DNA from: an uncultured Chloroflexia bacterium
GTDB lineage: Bacteria > Chloroflexota > Limnocylindria > Limnocylindrales > CSP1-4
Length of the DNA: 64,000 nucleotides
Reading direction: 5' to 3'
Assembly (NCBI GenBank): GCA_963704325.1
Contig: OY969885.1
Location: 76,707 to 140,706 of the forward strand
In this document: positions 46,859 through 57,202 of the stretch, piece by piece
Numbering within the stretch: the first letter of the stretch is position 1
Layout: each line of letters begins with the position of its first letter
Program-made: the position numbers and the translations under genes
Notes under the pieces: model-generated
Database searches by the model: none
What the model was told of the DNA's origin: nothing
The model's input: the letters and a program-made list of their open reading frames with translations, nothing else

Positions 46859-47416
46859 CTAGTTCGATTCTGACGTATCAGCTGAGTCATCGGCCGCGCG
46901 CCACGCAGCCAGCCCGGCCAGGCGTGGATCGACCTCTTCGTCAAGGTGGTGGTGGTCGGCCGTGCCGTTCAAGTCAATACCGCACACGAGACACAGCCCG
47001 CGACAGTCGGGCCGGCACAGTAGCGAGATTGGCTCGGCGAGCGAGATCGCCTCACGTACGGGCTCGCCCAGGTCCAGCTCGTGATGATCATCAAGGCGCA
47101 GCGCATCCGGGTCCAGGTCGGGATCGACCGGCATTCCGGAGTCGATGTCGATCGAGGGCAGCGCGATTTCCTCGATCTCGACATCGATCGGCGCCACGAT
47201 CGCCTTCACGCAGCGGCTGCAGGTCGTGTCGATGGCCGTGCTCAGCGAGGCCCGCGCAAGGATGCTCCGCCCGGTCAGCGAAAGGCGCACCTCGCCGGCA
47301 ATCGGCGCGGCCAGCTGAAGGTCGTCCGCGATCTCCATCTCGACCCCATCGACCGCGTAGCGGCGCTCCGTGCCGGGCGCTGCGCGGAGGAGGGTCGCGA
47401 CGTTATAGCTGAGCAT
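46859..47416 (-). CDS. YceD/DUF177 family protein
   Basis: CSRCVK...C.PDCRGLCLVCGIDLN. It lies upstream of rpmF as usual. ATG 47416 gives MLSYNVATLL. Confidence 0.85.
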   Translation of the reverse strand: MLSYNVATLLRAAPGTERRYAVDGVEMEIADDLQLAAPIAGEVRLSLTGRSILARASLSTAIDTTCSRCVKAIVAPIDVEIEEIALPSIDIDSGMPVDPDLDPDALRLDDHHELDLGEPVREAISLAEPISLLCRPDCRGLCLVCGIDLNGTADHHHLDEEVDPRLAGLAAWRAADDSADTSESN

Positions 47417-47987
47417 GGCTGGGTTCGCCGATCTCGACCTCGGCTCCATCGCCGGTGCCGTTCAGATCGTCGCCACCATGCCGTTCGTCAAGCAGCGCCA
47501 GGCCGCGCTTGATGCTCTGGAGTGCCTTGACGCACTCTCCCTCGAGTCGAACCAGGACGCTCTGGGCGTACTCGTCGGCGCCGCGCCTGATCTCATCCGC
47601 TTCGCGCTGGCCCTCGCCAATGATCTCAGCGGAGCGGATCTCTGCCGCCCGGGTCAGCTCACGCTCCTCGATCAGGAACGCGGCCTGCTCCTGCGCGCGG
47701 GCCAGGATGCGTTCAGCTTCTTCCTGGGCGCGCTCGACGATGCGCTCCGTCTCCTCGTTGATCCGCTTCGCCGTGCGCACTTCCTCGGGCACGGCAACGC
47801 GCAACTGATCGAGCAGGTCGAGCGCCCTCGCCTGGTCGATGATCACGTTGCTCGTCAGCGGCATGTTGCGCCCGCCGGCAACCAGCCGTTCGAGCTGTTC
47901 GATCAGGAAGATGATGTCGATGGGAGTGTTCTCCGATGCTCCCGATGGGCGAGCGCGGTTAGCGCGCCACGGGCCGTCGACGGCCAA
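47403..47987 (-). CDS. Hypothetical coiled-coil protein (Glu/Arg/Ala-rich heptads)
   Basis: IIFLIEQLERLV...EEVRTAKRINEETERIVERAQEEAERILARAQEQAAFLIEE... with coding-like composition. TTG start; no family assigned. Confidence 0.55.
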   Translation of the reverse strand: MAVDGPWRANRARPSGASENTPIDIIFLIEQLERLVAGGRNMPLTSNVIIDQARALDLLDQLRVAVPEEVRTAKRINEETERIVERAQEEAERILARAQEQAAFLIEERELTRAAEIRSAEIIGEGQREADEIRRGADEYAQSVLVRLEGECVKALQSIKRGLALLDERHGGDDLNGTGDGAEVEIGEPSHAQL

Positions 47988-47997
47988 TTGTAGGGGG

Positions 47998-48483
47998 TTA
48001 GGGCCTCAGGCGGCGCGCGGCGGCTGCGGGCAGCATCCGGCTCACGTCCCCGCCGAACGCAGCTATCTCCTTGACCAGGCTCGAGCTCAGGTAGGCGTGC
48101 TCCAGCGCCGTCATGAAGAAGACCGTGTCCACGTCCGGCGCGAGCTTCCGGTTGGTGTGGGCCATCTGCAGCTCGATCTCGAAGTCGCTCACGGCGCGCA
48201 GGCCGCGGACGATGAATCCGGCACCGATCTGGTGCGCGTAGTCAATGGTCAGTCCGTCAAAGCCGGCCACCTCGATGCGGGGCGCAAGCTCGGGCAGCTC
48301 CGAGGCAACGGCCTCGCGGATGGTCGCCATGCGATCTTCGAGCTCGAGCATCGGCGTCTTGCGCGGGTTGACCAGGACGCCCACGGTGAGCCCATCGAAC
48401 ACATGCGCGGCACGGCCGATCACGTCGAGGTGGCCGAAGGTGATCGGATCGAACGAGCCCGGATATAGCGCCTTGGCGGTCAT
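47998..48483 (-). CDS. coaD: Pantetheine-phosphate adenylyltransferase
   Basis: ALYPGSFDPITFGHLDVIGRAA...ISSSLVKEI. Confidence 0.93.
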   Translation of the reverse strand: MTAKALYPGSFDPITFGHLDVIGRAAHVFDGLTVGVLVNPRKTPMLELEDRMATIREAVASELPELAPRIEVAGFDGLTIDYAHQIGAGFIVRGLRAVSDFEIELQMAHTNRKLAPDVDTVFFMTALEHAYLSSSLVKEIAAFGGDVSRMLPAAAARRLRP

Positions 48484-49055
48484 CACTCGCGAGTGTAGAA
48501 GGACAGGCACGTCTCACCGAAGCGCTTCTGTCTGTCGCGCCGCAGCCGGCCCGCTGTTTCCGGCGGCTCGTCGCGCCAGAAGTGCTTGGCCACGACCGTC
48601 GCGCCCTCGGCCAGCCAGTAGAGCGCCTCGTCACCGAGCAGGTCCAGGGTTGGTGCGACGAGCAGAGTCTCGTAGGGCGGGTCGATCAGCACGACCGCGC
48701 AGCGCGGCTGCTGTGCGGGGCGGCCGCCGGCAAGGTAACGCTCGACGTCGGCGAGAACGACGCTGGCCGCGCCTGTCAGCCTGGTGCGCTCGAGATTGCC
48801 GCGGATCACGCGCGCGGCGGCCGGATCGCGCTCCACGAAAGTGGCGCTCGGCGCGCCGCGGCTGAGTGCCTCTATGCCGGCGCCGCCTGACCCGGCATAG
48901 AGGTCAAGGAAAGGCCCGTCCAGCGCGCCGCCCGCTTCGAGCGCGGCGAAGAGCGATTGCTTGACGCGATCCGAAAGCGGCCGTGTGCCACGCGGCGGCA
49001 CCTCCAGTCCCAGGCCGCGCGCGGTACCGGCGATCACCCGGTTGCGCTCAGGCAT
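48483..49055 (-). CDS. rsmD: 16S rRNA (guanine966-N2)-methyltransferase RsmD
   Basis: RVIAGTARG..L......TRPLSDRVKQSLF...FLDLYAGSGGAGIEALSRGA...IDPPY. Confidence 0.88.
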   Translation of the reverse strand: MPERNRVIAGTARGLGLEVPPRGTRPLSDRVKQSLFAALEAGGALDGPFLDLYAGSGGAGIEALSRGAPSATFVERDPAAARVIRGNLERTRLTGAASVVLADVERYLAGGRPAQQPRCAVVLIDPPYETLLVAPTLDLLGDEALYWLAEGATVVAKHFWRDEPPETAGRLRRDRQKRFGETCLSFYTRE

Positions 49056-51369
49056 CGCTGCCCGGCGCTACAACCTCGCCGGCGCCCACGCGGCGCAGCC
49101 ATCCGGTCGTGATCTCGCGCTCCAGTTCAGCGTGCTCCTCCGGCAGCCGCCCATCGCCGTCGAGCAGCCGCTCGGCTATGTCGCGCGCCCGGTGCGACAG
49201 CTCGCGGTGGTCGGCACGTCCGAGCGAGGCGACACGCAACGGCGGCAGCCCGCTCTGGGTCAGCCCGAGCAGCTCGCCCTCGCGCCGCTGCTCCAGGTCC
49301 TTCTCGGCCAAATCGAAGCCATCCTGGGTTGCGACCAGCGCATCCAGGCGCGCCTTGACCACGGCCGCCTCGCTGCCTGCCTCGGGCTCTCCGGCCGGGT
49401 ATCGCTCGCTGACCAGGACGCAGAACGAGTGCGCCTCGCCGCGCCCAACGCGACCACGCAGCTGGTGCAACTGGGCGAGGCCGAAGCGGTCGGCGTCGAG
49501 GATCAGCATGACCGTCGCCTCGGGCACGTCCACGCCCACCTCGAGCACGGTGGTGCCGACCACGATCCGCACCGCGCCGGCACGGAAGCGCTCCATTCGC
49601 GCGTCGCGCTCGGAGGCCTTCATCTGGCCGTGGACGATCTCCACCTCGGGCAGCGCTGGGTCGACGCCGGCGATGGCCGCCGCGGCCGGCCAGCTCTCGC
49701 GGATCAGCTGCGCGCCTGCCTCGACCGACGCCGCGCCAGTTTCCGGATCGTCCTCGACGAGCGGCACGACCACGAAGGCCCGGTGCCCGGCCGCCACCTG
49801 GCCGGCGATCAGGGCGATCGCGCCCTGCTTTCCGTCACTGCGCTGGATCAGCTCGTCACGCGTACGGATGGCCGTTCGGATCTCCTGCCTGCCGGCGGGA
49901 GGAGTGCGCAGATCCGACACGTCCAGATCGGCGTGCACGATCTGGCCCAGCGTGCGCGGGATCGGCGTGGCGGTCATCAGCAGGACGTGAGGCGCAGCCC
50001 CCTTGGCGGTGAGCGCCTCGCGCTCGGTTACCCCGAAACGGTGCTGCTCATCGACCACCGCGAGGGCCAGGTTCTCGAACGCGACCGCCTCCTGGACCAG
50101 GGCGTGCGTGCCGACCACGATCCGTCCACGCGAGCGACCCTCCAGCGTCAGCCCTATCGGCGCCCCCAGCAATTCGAGCACCTCGCGCCGCGTCGCAGCC
50201 GGAACGGACCCGGTCAGCAACGTCACGTCGTGTCCGAGCGGCTCGAGCAGGCGGCTGAGCGTCTGGTAGTGCTGGCGGGCGAGCAGGTCGGTCGGCGCCA
50301 GCAGGGCCGCCTGGTGCTGCGTGTCGGCGACGAAGGCCATGGCCAGCGCCGCCACTGCCGTCTTGCCCGAGCCGACGTCGCCCTGCAACAAGCGGACCAT
50401 GGGCCGGTCGCGGCCAAGATCGGCCCGGATCTGGTCGAGTGCGGCGCGCTGATCGGTCGTCAGCGTCACATCGGTTACCTCGGCCGACTCGTCACCCGCA
50501 CGCCGGCGCCGCTCGGCGACCTGTCCGCCGATGACAGACTCGACCTGCTCGATGGCGTCCGTGAAGCGGTCGTCCTGCACTGGAATCGGCACGCTGCGCT
50601 CCGACGACCTGCGCCGCTGGCGCGACACCATCCCCAGCTGCAGCGCGAGCAGCTCGTCGAAGGCCAACCGGCGCAGGGCCCGGTCACGGCTCTCGAAGTC
50701 GGGTGGGAAATGGATCCACTCGATGGCGTCAAGGATGCCCGGCAGACCATCCCCGGCCTGCCCCAGCGCAGACCGCGGAACGTATTCCGTGAGCGCCGAC
50801 TGTGCAGCGTCGAGAACGCCCCGGATGCGCGTGCGCAGTGTCGTGCCGAGCACGCCTGCTGTCAGGCGGTAGACGGGCACAATCCGGCCGGCGTGGAGCG
50901 ACTCGTCTCCGGCGATACCGAACTCGGGGTTCTGGAAGCGCGGCAGCCAGCCACGCAGCTCTACCTTGCCTGACAGGGCGATCTGCTGTCCGACGGCCAG
51001 CCGGCGCTCGATGTAGCGCCGTCCGAACCAGATTGCCTCGCCCTCGCCGGAATCGTCGCGCAGACGGGCGACGGTGCGCTGGACGCGGCGCCTGAATCCC
51101 TGCTCCACGCGCAGGTCGACGATGTCAACCGTGGCGCTGACCGGTCCTTCGAACGTCCGCTCGCGCAGCTCGCGCAGCGTCACCGGGTGGCTGAAGTCGT
51201 CGTAGCGCCGGGGCAGGTGGAAGATCAGGTCGCGCGCGCTGCCGATACCCAGCCGGGCCAGCTTGGCGGCCATCGCCGGGGGAACCAGGCCAGAGCGCTT
51301 GAGCGGCACATCGAGCACCCCGGGGGTCGCCGAGTCGGTCCCCGAACCGGCTGACTGTTCGACCGTCAC
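49048..51369 (-). CDS. recG: ATP-dependent DNA helicase RecG
   Basis: Wedge/OB N-terminus, helicase motifs GDVGSGKT, DEQHRFG and MTATPIPRT, and the RecG TRG region QLHQLRGRVGRG. Confidence 0.93.
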   Translation of the reverse strand: MTVEQSAGSGTDSATPGVLDVPLKRSGLVPPAMAAKLARLGIGSARDLIFHLPRRYDDFSHPVTLRELRERTFEGPVSATVDIVDLRVEQGFRRRVQRTVARLRDDSGEGEAIWFGRRYIERRLAVGQQIALSGKVELRGWLPRFQNPEFGIAGDESLHAGRIVPVYRLTAGVLGTTLRTRIRGVLDAAQSALTEYVPRSALGQAGDGLPGILDAIEWIHFPPDFESRDRALRRLAFDELLALQLGMVSRQRRRSSERSVPIPVQDDRFTDAIEQVESVIGGQVAERRRRAGDESAEVTDVTLTTDQRAALDQIRADLGRDRPMVRLLQGDVGSGKTAVAALAMAFVADTQHQAALLAPTDLLARQHYQTLSRLLEPLGHDVTLLTGSVPAATRREVLELLGAPIGLTLEGRSRGRIVVGTHALVQEAVAFENLALAVVDEQHRFGVTEREALTAKGAAPHVLLMTATPIPRTLGQIVHADLDVSDLRTPPAGRQEIRTAIRTRDELIQRSDGKQGAIALIAGQVAAGHRAFVVVPLVEDDPETGAASVEAGAQLIRESWPAAAAIAGVDPALPEVEIVHGQMKASERDARMERFRAGAVRIVVGTTVLEVGVDVPEATVMLILDADRFGLAQLHQLRGRVGRGEAHSFCVLVSERYPAGEPEAGSEAAVVKARLDALVATQDGFDLAEKDLEQRREGELLGLTQSGLPPLRVASLGRADHRELSHRARDIAERLLDGDGRLPEEHAELEREITTGWLRRVGAGEVVAPGSDA

Positions 51370-53022
51370 CTACTCGGCCGAGATGAGAAAGTCGTAGTGC
51401 GGCTGGCCGGCATCGACGAGCTCGAACTCGACCTCACCCAGCGCGTCGGTCAGTGCGTCGCGCAGCTCCTCCGCGGCGCGGTGATCGACATCGATGCCGC
51501 GATAGATGGTGACCAGCTCGAATCCGGGCTCGAGCGCGCCGATCGCGGCGAGCACGGCCGCCGTCCGATCGGCATCGACCGCGACCAGGCCATCGTCCGG
51601 ATCGAGCACGATGTAGTCCCCGCCCCTCACGCTGCGCTTGCCCATGCGCGCGTCCCTGACTGCGATAGTGACCTGCAGCGTCTGGATCTCCCGTGCGGCG
51701 TCGGTCATCGCCTGCACGACTTCGGCGACGGCGCCACGCGGGTCGAAGGCAAGCAACGCGGCAACGCCCTCACCGGCATTGCGCGTCGGCACCACGTGCA
51801 CCGCGGCGCCTACGACCGTCTCGCCAGCCTGCTTGGCAGCCAGCCGAACGTTCGGGTTGTTGGGCAGCACGATGACCTCGTCGCGACCGATCGAGCGGAT
51901 GGCGTCGGCCAGCTCGCCGACCGAAGGATTGGCGCTCTGACCGCCGCGCACCACGGTCGTCGCGCCCAGCGTCCCGAACACGCGCGCCCAGCCATCGCCG
52001 GCCGCCACGGCGACGATCGCAACCCCACCCGCGTCCGCTGCCGCTGCGGACCCATCGCCTTGGGCGGCGGCGCGCGTTCGCTCGCGAACGTCGATCGCCT
52101 GGCGATCGAGGCTCTCGATGCTGATCCGGCTCAAGGTGCCCAGCGCCAGTCCGAAAGCGATCACCTCGTCGGGGCGTTCGTTGTGGATGTGGATCTTGAC
52201 CGCCCGTTCGTCGCCGGCAACGAGAACCGACTCGCCCAACCGCTCGAGCCTGTGGCGGATGGCGTCAGGGTCGAGCCGCTCGCCGTCGCGCGGCAGGATG
52301 ACGAACACGGTCTCGTACCCGTAGCCCTCCGCCTCCAGCGCATCCCACGTGGGCAGGGCGATCTCGTTGGGCAGCCTGGTGCCCTGCGCAATGTGCTGGG
52401 CGCCCTGGATGGAGGCCAATGCTCCGCGGAGAATCAGCTCGAGCCCGCGGCCGCCGGCATCGACGACTCCTGCCTGGCGGAGGACCTCGAGCAGGTTCGG
52501 CGTGCGCTCGACTGAGGCGGCGGCCTCGTCAACGGCTACGCGCAGCACGTGCACCAGCGATCCGTTGCCCATCGCGCTGCGCGTCGCTGCCTGGGCGACG
52601 TCGCGCGCAACCGTCAGGATCGTCCCGTCCACCGGCTGTGCCACGGCCGAGTACGCCGTGGTGCAGCCACGTTCCAGCGATGCGGCGAGGACGGTGCCGT
52701 CGATCCGCTCTGAGCCTGACATCGCGTCGCCCATGCCGCGCAGCAGCTGCGACAGGATCACCCCACTGTTGCCGCGTGCGCCCATGAGCGAGCCCATGCT
52801 CAGCGACGCACAGATGCGCGCCACGTTGCGCTCGACCGGCGGCACGCCCTCTGCCTCGATGATTGCGGCCTGCAGGGTGGCCAGCATGTTCGAGCCGGTG
52901 TCGCCGTCAGGAACGGGGAAGACGTTGAGCGCGTTGACCTCGTCGACGCGGGCATGGAGCATCGCCGCCGCGTGACGCCAGGCGGCCAGCAGGCCGTGGC
53001 CATCCCAGGCGTCGACGCTCAA
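51370..53022 (-). CDS. DAK2 domain fusion protein YloV
   Basis: NVFPVPDGDTGSNM, LMGARGNSGVILSQ, and a C-terminal DegV-like half. It is divergent from rpmB as in Gram-positive genomes. Confidence 0.88.
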   Translation of the reverse strand: MSVDAWDGHGLLAAWRHAAAMLHARVDEVNALNVFPVPDGDTGSNMLATLQAAIIEAEGVPPVERNVARICASLSMGSLMGARGNSGVILSQLLRGMGDAMSGSERIDGTVLAASLERGCTTAYSAVAQPVDGTILTVARDVAQAATRSAMGNGSLVHVLRVAVDEAAASVERTPNLLEVLRQAGVVDAGGRGLELILRGALASIQGAQHIAQGTRLPNEIALPTWDALEAEGYGYETVFVILPRDGERLDPDAIRHRLERLGESVLVAGDERAVKIHIHNERPDEVIAFGLALGTLSRISIESLDRQAIDVRERTRAAAQGDGSAAAADAGGVAIVAVAAGDGWARVFGTLGATTVVRGGQSANPSVGELADAIRSIGRDEVIVLPNNPNVRLAAKQAGETVVGAAVHVVPTRNAGEGVAALLAFDPRGAVAEVVQAMTDAAREIQTLQVTIAVRDARMGKRSVRGGDYIVLDPDDGLVAVDADRTAAVLAAIGALEPGFELVTIYRGIDVDHRAAEELRDALTDALGEVEFELVDAGQPHYDFLISAE

Positions 53023-53195
53023 CGTGGCCGGCTGCGCCGACGCATCAGCTGATTCTTCCGAGCTGGCTGCCGTCGCGCACCTCTCCCCTGGGCTGGGCGC
53101 CTCGAAGCCGACGGCGCCGGAGCGGCTGCTATAGTAGCCAGCGCGCGAGCCCAGCCGGCGCTCGCCTGCGTCACTCTCGGAGACTAATCAGACTT

Positions 53196-53390
53196 ATGGC
53201 ACGCTCCTGCGCGATCTGCGGCAAGACATCGATGGGCGGTTTCAACCCCCAGTCGGTTGGAATGAACCGCGTCCGCGCGCATCGCCGGATGGAACCCAAC
53301 CTGCAGCCCATGCGCCTCGACAAGGACGGCTCCCCGCGCCGCGTCCTGGTCTGCACGCGCTGCCGTAGGACGCTCCAGAAGACCGCCTAA
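53196..53390 (+). CDS. rpmB: 50S ribosomal protein L28
   Basis: MARSCAICGKTSMGGFNPQSVGMNRVRAHRRMEPNLQ. Confidence 0.93.
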   Translation: MARSCAICGKTSMGGFNPQSVGMNRVRAHRRMEPNLQPMRLDKDGSPRRVLVCTRCRRTLQKTA

Positions 53391-53833
53391 CCCGCAGCGC
53401 TGTCGAGCCAGATGGTCATCGGGCCGTCATTGATCAGCTCGACCTCCATCTCCGCCCCGAAGATCCCCTTCGCGACGCTCACCCCACGATCGGCAACTGA
53501 CTGCGCATAGCGTTCGTACAGGCGCTCGCCGATATCCGGTGGCGCGGCGTGAATGAACGACGGGCGCCGCCCGCGGCTGGTGTCGGCGAAGAGCGTGAAC
53601 TGGCTGATGGCGAGCACCCCGCCACCCACGTCGATCAAGGACAGGTTGGTCCGGCCATCGTCGTCGCGGAAGATGCGCAGGTCGACCGACTTGCCTGCCA
53701 GGCCGTCCGCGTCAGCTTCCGTGTCAGTGGCGCCCACGCCAACGAGCACGACCAGGCCGTGCCCGATGCTGCCCACCGTCTCCCCGCCGACGCGGACCTG
53801 CGCGCGGGTCACGCGCTGGAGCAGCAACCTCAC
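53387..53833 (-). CDS. dtd: D-aminoacyl-tRNA deacylase
   Basis: (M)RLLLQRVTRAQVRV...GHGLVVLVGVG...ISQFTLFADT.RGRRPSF. GTG 53833 overlaps the rpe stop as GTGA. Confidence 0.9.
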   Translation of the reverse strand: MRLLLQRVTRAQVRVGGETVGSIGHGLVVLVGVGATDTEADADGLAGKSVDLRIFRDDDGRTNLSLIDVGGGVLAISQFTLFADTSRGRRPSFIHAAPPDIGERLYERYAQSVADRGVSVAKGIFGAEMEVELINDGPMTIWLDSAAG

Positions 53834-54504
53834 TGAGGGGCGGCGGCCTTCACCGCCTTGACCACGTTGGCCGCATCGCGGCCGCGCTGGAAGAGCGCCG
53901 AGCCCACGACGCACACGTCCACGCCATAGCCAACGACGATCCCAGCCGTGTCTGCGCTGACCCCGCCATCCACGTGAACCTGCGTATCCGGGCGACCGGC
54001 GAGCATCCGCTTCGCCTCGGCAATCTTGCGCGCCGGGTCCTCCATGAAGCGCTGGCCGCCGAAGCCCGGCTCGACGGTCATGACCATCACGATCGCCAGG
54101 TCGTCGAGGTACTCGCGCACCGCCTCGGTTGGCGTCGACGGGCTGATCGCAAGGCCGGGCTGGCGCCTCGCCCGGGCGATCTGGCGCAATGTGTCGCGCT
54201 TGACCTGGGCCGGCTCATCAGTCTCGACATGGAAGGTGATCGTGTCCGAGCCGGCCTCAATGAAGCGGTCGACGTAGCGCGACGGCTGGGAAATCATCAG
54301 GTGCGTGTCGAGCGGCAGCCGGGTGAGCCGCCTGAAGGCGGCGACCACGTTCGGGCCGAAGGTGATGTTCGGCACGAAATGGCCGTCCATCACGTCAAGA
54401 TGGATGCGGTCGACTCCGGCGCGCTCGAGCTTGCGCACGACGCGGTACAGGTTGCCGAAATCGGCGGTCAGGATGCTCGCGGCGACGGCCACCTGGCGCG
54501 TCAT
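53830..54504 (-). CDS. rpe: Ribulose-phosphate 3-epimerase
   Basis: SILTADFGNL...IHLDVMDGHFVPNITFG...MTVEPGFGGQ. Confidence 0.93.
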   Translation of the reverse strand: MTRQVAVAASILTADFGNLYRVVRKLERAGVDRIHLDVMDGHFVPNITFGPNVVAAFRRLTRLPLDTHLMISQPSRYVDRFIEAGSDTITFHVETDEPAQVKRDTLRQIARARRQPGLAISPSTPTEAVREYLDDLAIVMVMTVEPGFGGQRFMEDPARKIAEAKRMLAGRPDTQVHVDGGVSADTAGIVVGYGVDVCVVGSALFQRGRDAANVVKAVKAAAPQ

Positions 54505-55712
54505 CGGGCAGAGTCACCGGCCAGTGCCTCGGCGCTCTGGATGACCAGCAACTCACGACGCCGGGCCACCGCCGCGGCCGGCGGCTGACCCTGTCGGTCG
54601 GCGGCGAGCTGGCCGCATGCGGCTCCGATCTCGATGCCCCGGTTGCGCCTGACCGTGGTCTCCAGGCCCGCGGCGCGGAGGACGTTGGCGAAGGCCTCCG
54701 TGCGCTCGAGCGAGCTTGGCTGCCAGGGCGTGTGGGCGACAGGGTTCATGGGGATGAGGTTGACGTGCGCAAGCTGTCCGCCGATCAGGCTCGCCACCGC
54801 GCGTGCTTCGTCGATCGTGTCATTGATGCCGTCGATCATCACGTACTCGTAGGTGATGCGCCTGCCGGTCGCCGCCGCATAACGCGCCGCCGCGTCTACC
54901 ACCTCACGCGCCGGGTAGCGACGATTGAGCGGCACGAGCACGTCACGCAGCGCCGGCCGCGCCGCGTGGAGCGAAACGGCGAGCGTGTACTGCGGGCGCT
55001 CGGCGATGAGGCGCTCCATGCCCGGCACGACGCCACTCGTCGAGATCGTTATGTGCCGCGCGCCCAATCCGAACCTGTTCTTGTCGCTGATCGCGGCAGC
55101 GGCGGCCAGAACCGGCTCAACGTTGAGCAGCGGCTCACCCATGCCCATGAAGACGACATTGGTCAGGCGCTGGCCCACGCCCGCCAGCCAGTGGCGCCAG
55201 AAACGCACCTGGTCGACGATCTCGGCCACGTCCAGGTCGCGCCAGAAGCCCAGCTCCCCTGTCGCGCAGAACGGGCAGCCCACGGCGCAGCCCGCCTGGC
55301 TGGAGATGCACACCGTTGCGCGCGACCGTCGGCAGCCGCGCGCCGGGTAGCGCATCAGGACCGATTCGATCGACCGACCATCGTCCAGCCGGTGGAGCGC
55401 CTTCTGGGTCAGGCCGCGATCCGCTTCGCGAACCTCAGTGTCATGGAGCGTGGTGATCCGGAACGAGTCCTCGAGCTTCGAGCGCAGCGCGAGCGGCAGC
55501 GTACGCAGCTCGTCGAAGGACTGTGCCGCGGCCGACCAGACGTGATCTGCCAGCTGGCGCGCGCGGTAGCCGGGCTCCTCGCGCTCAGCGAGCCAGGCCT
55601 CGAGCTCGGCCTGGGACAGGCCACAGATGCCGGGTCGCGCATCGCGCTCAGTTGCCGGCGGGGCGCTGATCAGTGGTGGGACGACCGGCCCCACCGCGGT
55701 TTGGGAGGCCAC
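54501..55712 (-). CDS. rlmN: 23S rRNA/tRNA (adenine-C2)-methyltransferase RlmN (radical SAM)
   Basis: CISSQAGCAVGCPFCATG...NVVFMGMGEPL...TISTSG...NLIP.NP. Confidence 0.92.
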   Translation of the reverse strand: MASQTAVGPVVPPLISAPPATERDARPGICGLSQAELEAWLAEREEPGYRARQLADHVWSAAAQSFDELRTLPLALRSKLEDSFRITTLHDTEVREADRGLTQKALHRLDDGRSIESVLMRYPARGCRRSRATVCISSQAGCAVGCPFCATGELGFWRDLDVAEIVDQVRFWRHWLAGVGQRLTNVVFMGMGEPLLNVEPVLAAAAAISDKNRFGLGARHITISTSGVVPGMERLIAERPQYTLAVSLHAARPALRDVLVPLNRRYPAREVVDAAARYAAATGRRITYEYVMIDGINDTIDEARAVASLIGGQLAHVNLIPMNPVAHTPWQPSSLERTEAFANVLRAAGLETTVRRNRGIEIGAACGQLAADRQGQPPAAAVARRRELLVIQSAEALAGDSAR

Positions 55713-55728
55713 GTGGTCATGCTACCCG

Positions 55729-56664
55729 TCAGCCCACGGATTGGCCGACGAGCGCCGGCCGGCCGCGCAGCAGGTCGGCCCCGGACATGCGCCGCCCTCC
55801 CGCCGGCTGGACCTCGACCAGCTCAAGCAGCCCGTCGCCGGTCACGACGGCCGGTAAGCGGTCCGCGGTAGCGACGATCGTGCCGGCACGACCCGATCCC
55901 GGGGCGGCGGTGGCGCTCCAGATGATCACGCGCCCGTCGGGAGTGTCGAAGAACGTGCCCGGCCACGGCTGATAGGCGCGCACCTGGCGCTCCAGATACA
56001 CCGCGTCGCGCGTCGCGTCGAGCCGTCCGTCCGCGCGGCGCAGCGGTCGCGTGAGCGTGGCCCCGTCGTCCGGTTGGGGCCGGGCCTGCAGCTCGCCGGC
56101 CAGCCAATCCCGCAGCAGCCCTACGAGCAGCTGGGCGCCCTCGGCGGCCAGCACAGATTCGAGGTCGGGCGCGATCTCGCTCCCGGCCAGGGCAATGATG
56201 GACTGGCCCACGATCGGACCCGTGTCCAGCCCGGCGTCCATGAGCATCACCGAAACACCGGTCTGCGTGTCGCCGGCCAGGATCGAGGCCGGAACTGGGG
56301 TCGAGCCGCGGTGCCGCGGCAGAAGGGAGGGATGGACGTTCAGCGAGCCGCTGCGCGGCAGGTCGAGCACGGACTGGGGCACGATCTGCCCGTAGTCGGC
56401 CAGGACGATGAGCTCGAGTTGGAGCTCGGCCAGGCTGGCGACCGACTCGGGCGCCCTGAGGCGCTCGGGCCTCAGCAGCGGCAGTCCGTGCTCGATGGCC
56501 CAGGTCGCAGCAGGCGGGTCCACCAGGCGGCCGCGTGATCCGGGTCGCGCCGGGGCGCTGACGACCGCGACGAGCGAAACCGAAGGATGCCCTGCGAGCG
56601 CACTGACGATCGGGACGGCGAAGTCGCCAGTGCCCAAAAAGATGGTCCGCGCGGGGCGCGTCAC
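55729..56664 (-). CDS. fmt: Methionyl-tRNA formyltransferase
   Basis: IFLGTGDFAVP...SLNVHPSLLPRHRGSTPV. The GTG start overlaps the def stop as GTGA. Confidence 0.92.
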   Translation of the reverse strand: MTRPARTIFLGTGDFAVPIVSALAGHPSVSLVAVVSAPARPGSRGRLVDPPAATWAIEHGLPLLRPERLRAPESVASLAELQLELIVLADYGQIVPQSVLDLPRSGSLNVHPSLLPRHRGSTPVPASILAGDTQTGVSVMLMDAGLDTGPIVGQSIIALAGSEIAPDLESVLAAEGAQLLVGLLRDWLAGELQARPQPDDGATLTRPLRRADGRLDATRDAVYLERQVRAYQPWPGTFFDTPDGRVIIWSATAAPGSGRAGTIVATADRLPAVVTGDGLLELVEVQPAGGRRMSGADLLRGRPALVGQSVG

Positions 56665-57176
56665 GCCAGCGGCGCCAGCTCCTCTTCCTCGGCCCCCACC
56701 TCGTCAGCGAGCTGGGCGACGGGAATGAGCTCTTCCATCGACTCCAGGTAGTCGATGTACAGCTTGCCGTTGAGATGGTCGATCTCATGCTGCATTGCGC
56801 GCGAAAGGAGGCCCTTGCCACTGACCTTGACCTTGCGACCGTGGCGATTCTGGGCGACGACCCAGACCTGGTCCTTGCGCGTGACGTAGGCCACGTAGCC
56901 GGGCAGCGAGAGGCAGCCCTCCAGGTCCTTGTCCTCGCCCGTCGACTTGACGATGCGCGGGTTTACCAGCTCGTGCAGGCGGCCCTCGACCTCCACCACC
57001 GCCGCCTGGAGGGCGATGCCCAGCTGCGGCGCCGCGAGGCCCACGCCGGGCGCATCGCGCATCGTCTCAGCCAGGTCATCGAGCAGCTCGTGCAGATACT
57101 TGCCGAAGCTGTCCACAGGCTGGCCCACAAGCCGCAGGCGCGGGTCGCCGAGGGTGATGATTTGTTGAATGCTCAT
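56661..57176 (-). CDS. def: Peptide deformylase
   Basis: MSIQQIITLGDPRLR...GVGLAAPQLG...EGCLSLPG...HEIDHLNG. Confidence 0.93.
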   Translation of the reverse strand: MSIQQIITLGDPRLRLVGQPVDSFGKYLHELLDDLAETMRDAPGVGLAAPQLGIALQAAVVEVEGRLHELVNPRIVKSTGEDKDLEGCLSLPGYVAYVTRKDQVWVVAQNRHGRKVKVSGKGLLSRAMQHEIDHLNGKLYIDYLESMEELIPVAQLADEVGAEEEELAPLA

Positions 57177-57202
57177 ACGGCTGCCGAGTATAGGTTGAGC
57201 GC

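Noticed and set aside
46855-46880. A T-loop-like string AGTTCGATTCT, considered as a possible tRNA.
   Set aside because: It lies inside the 3' end of the yceD/DUF177 coding sequence. No acceptor or anticodon stem context surrounds it.
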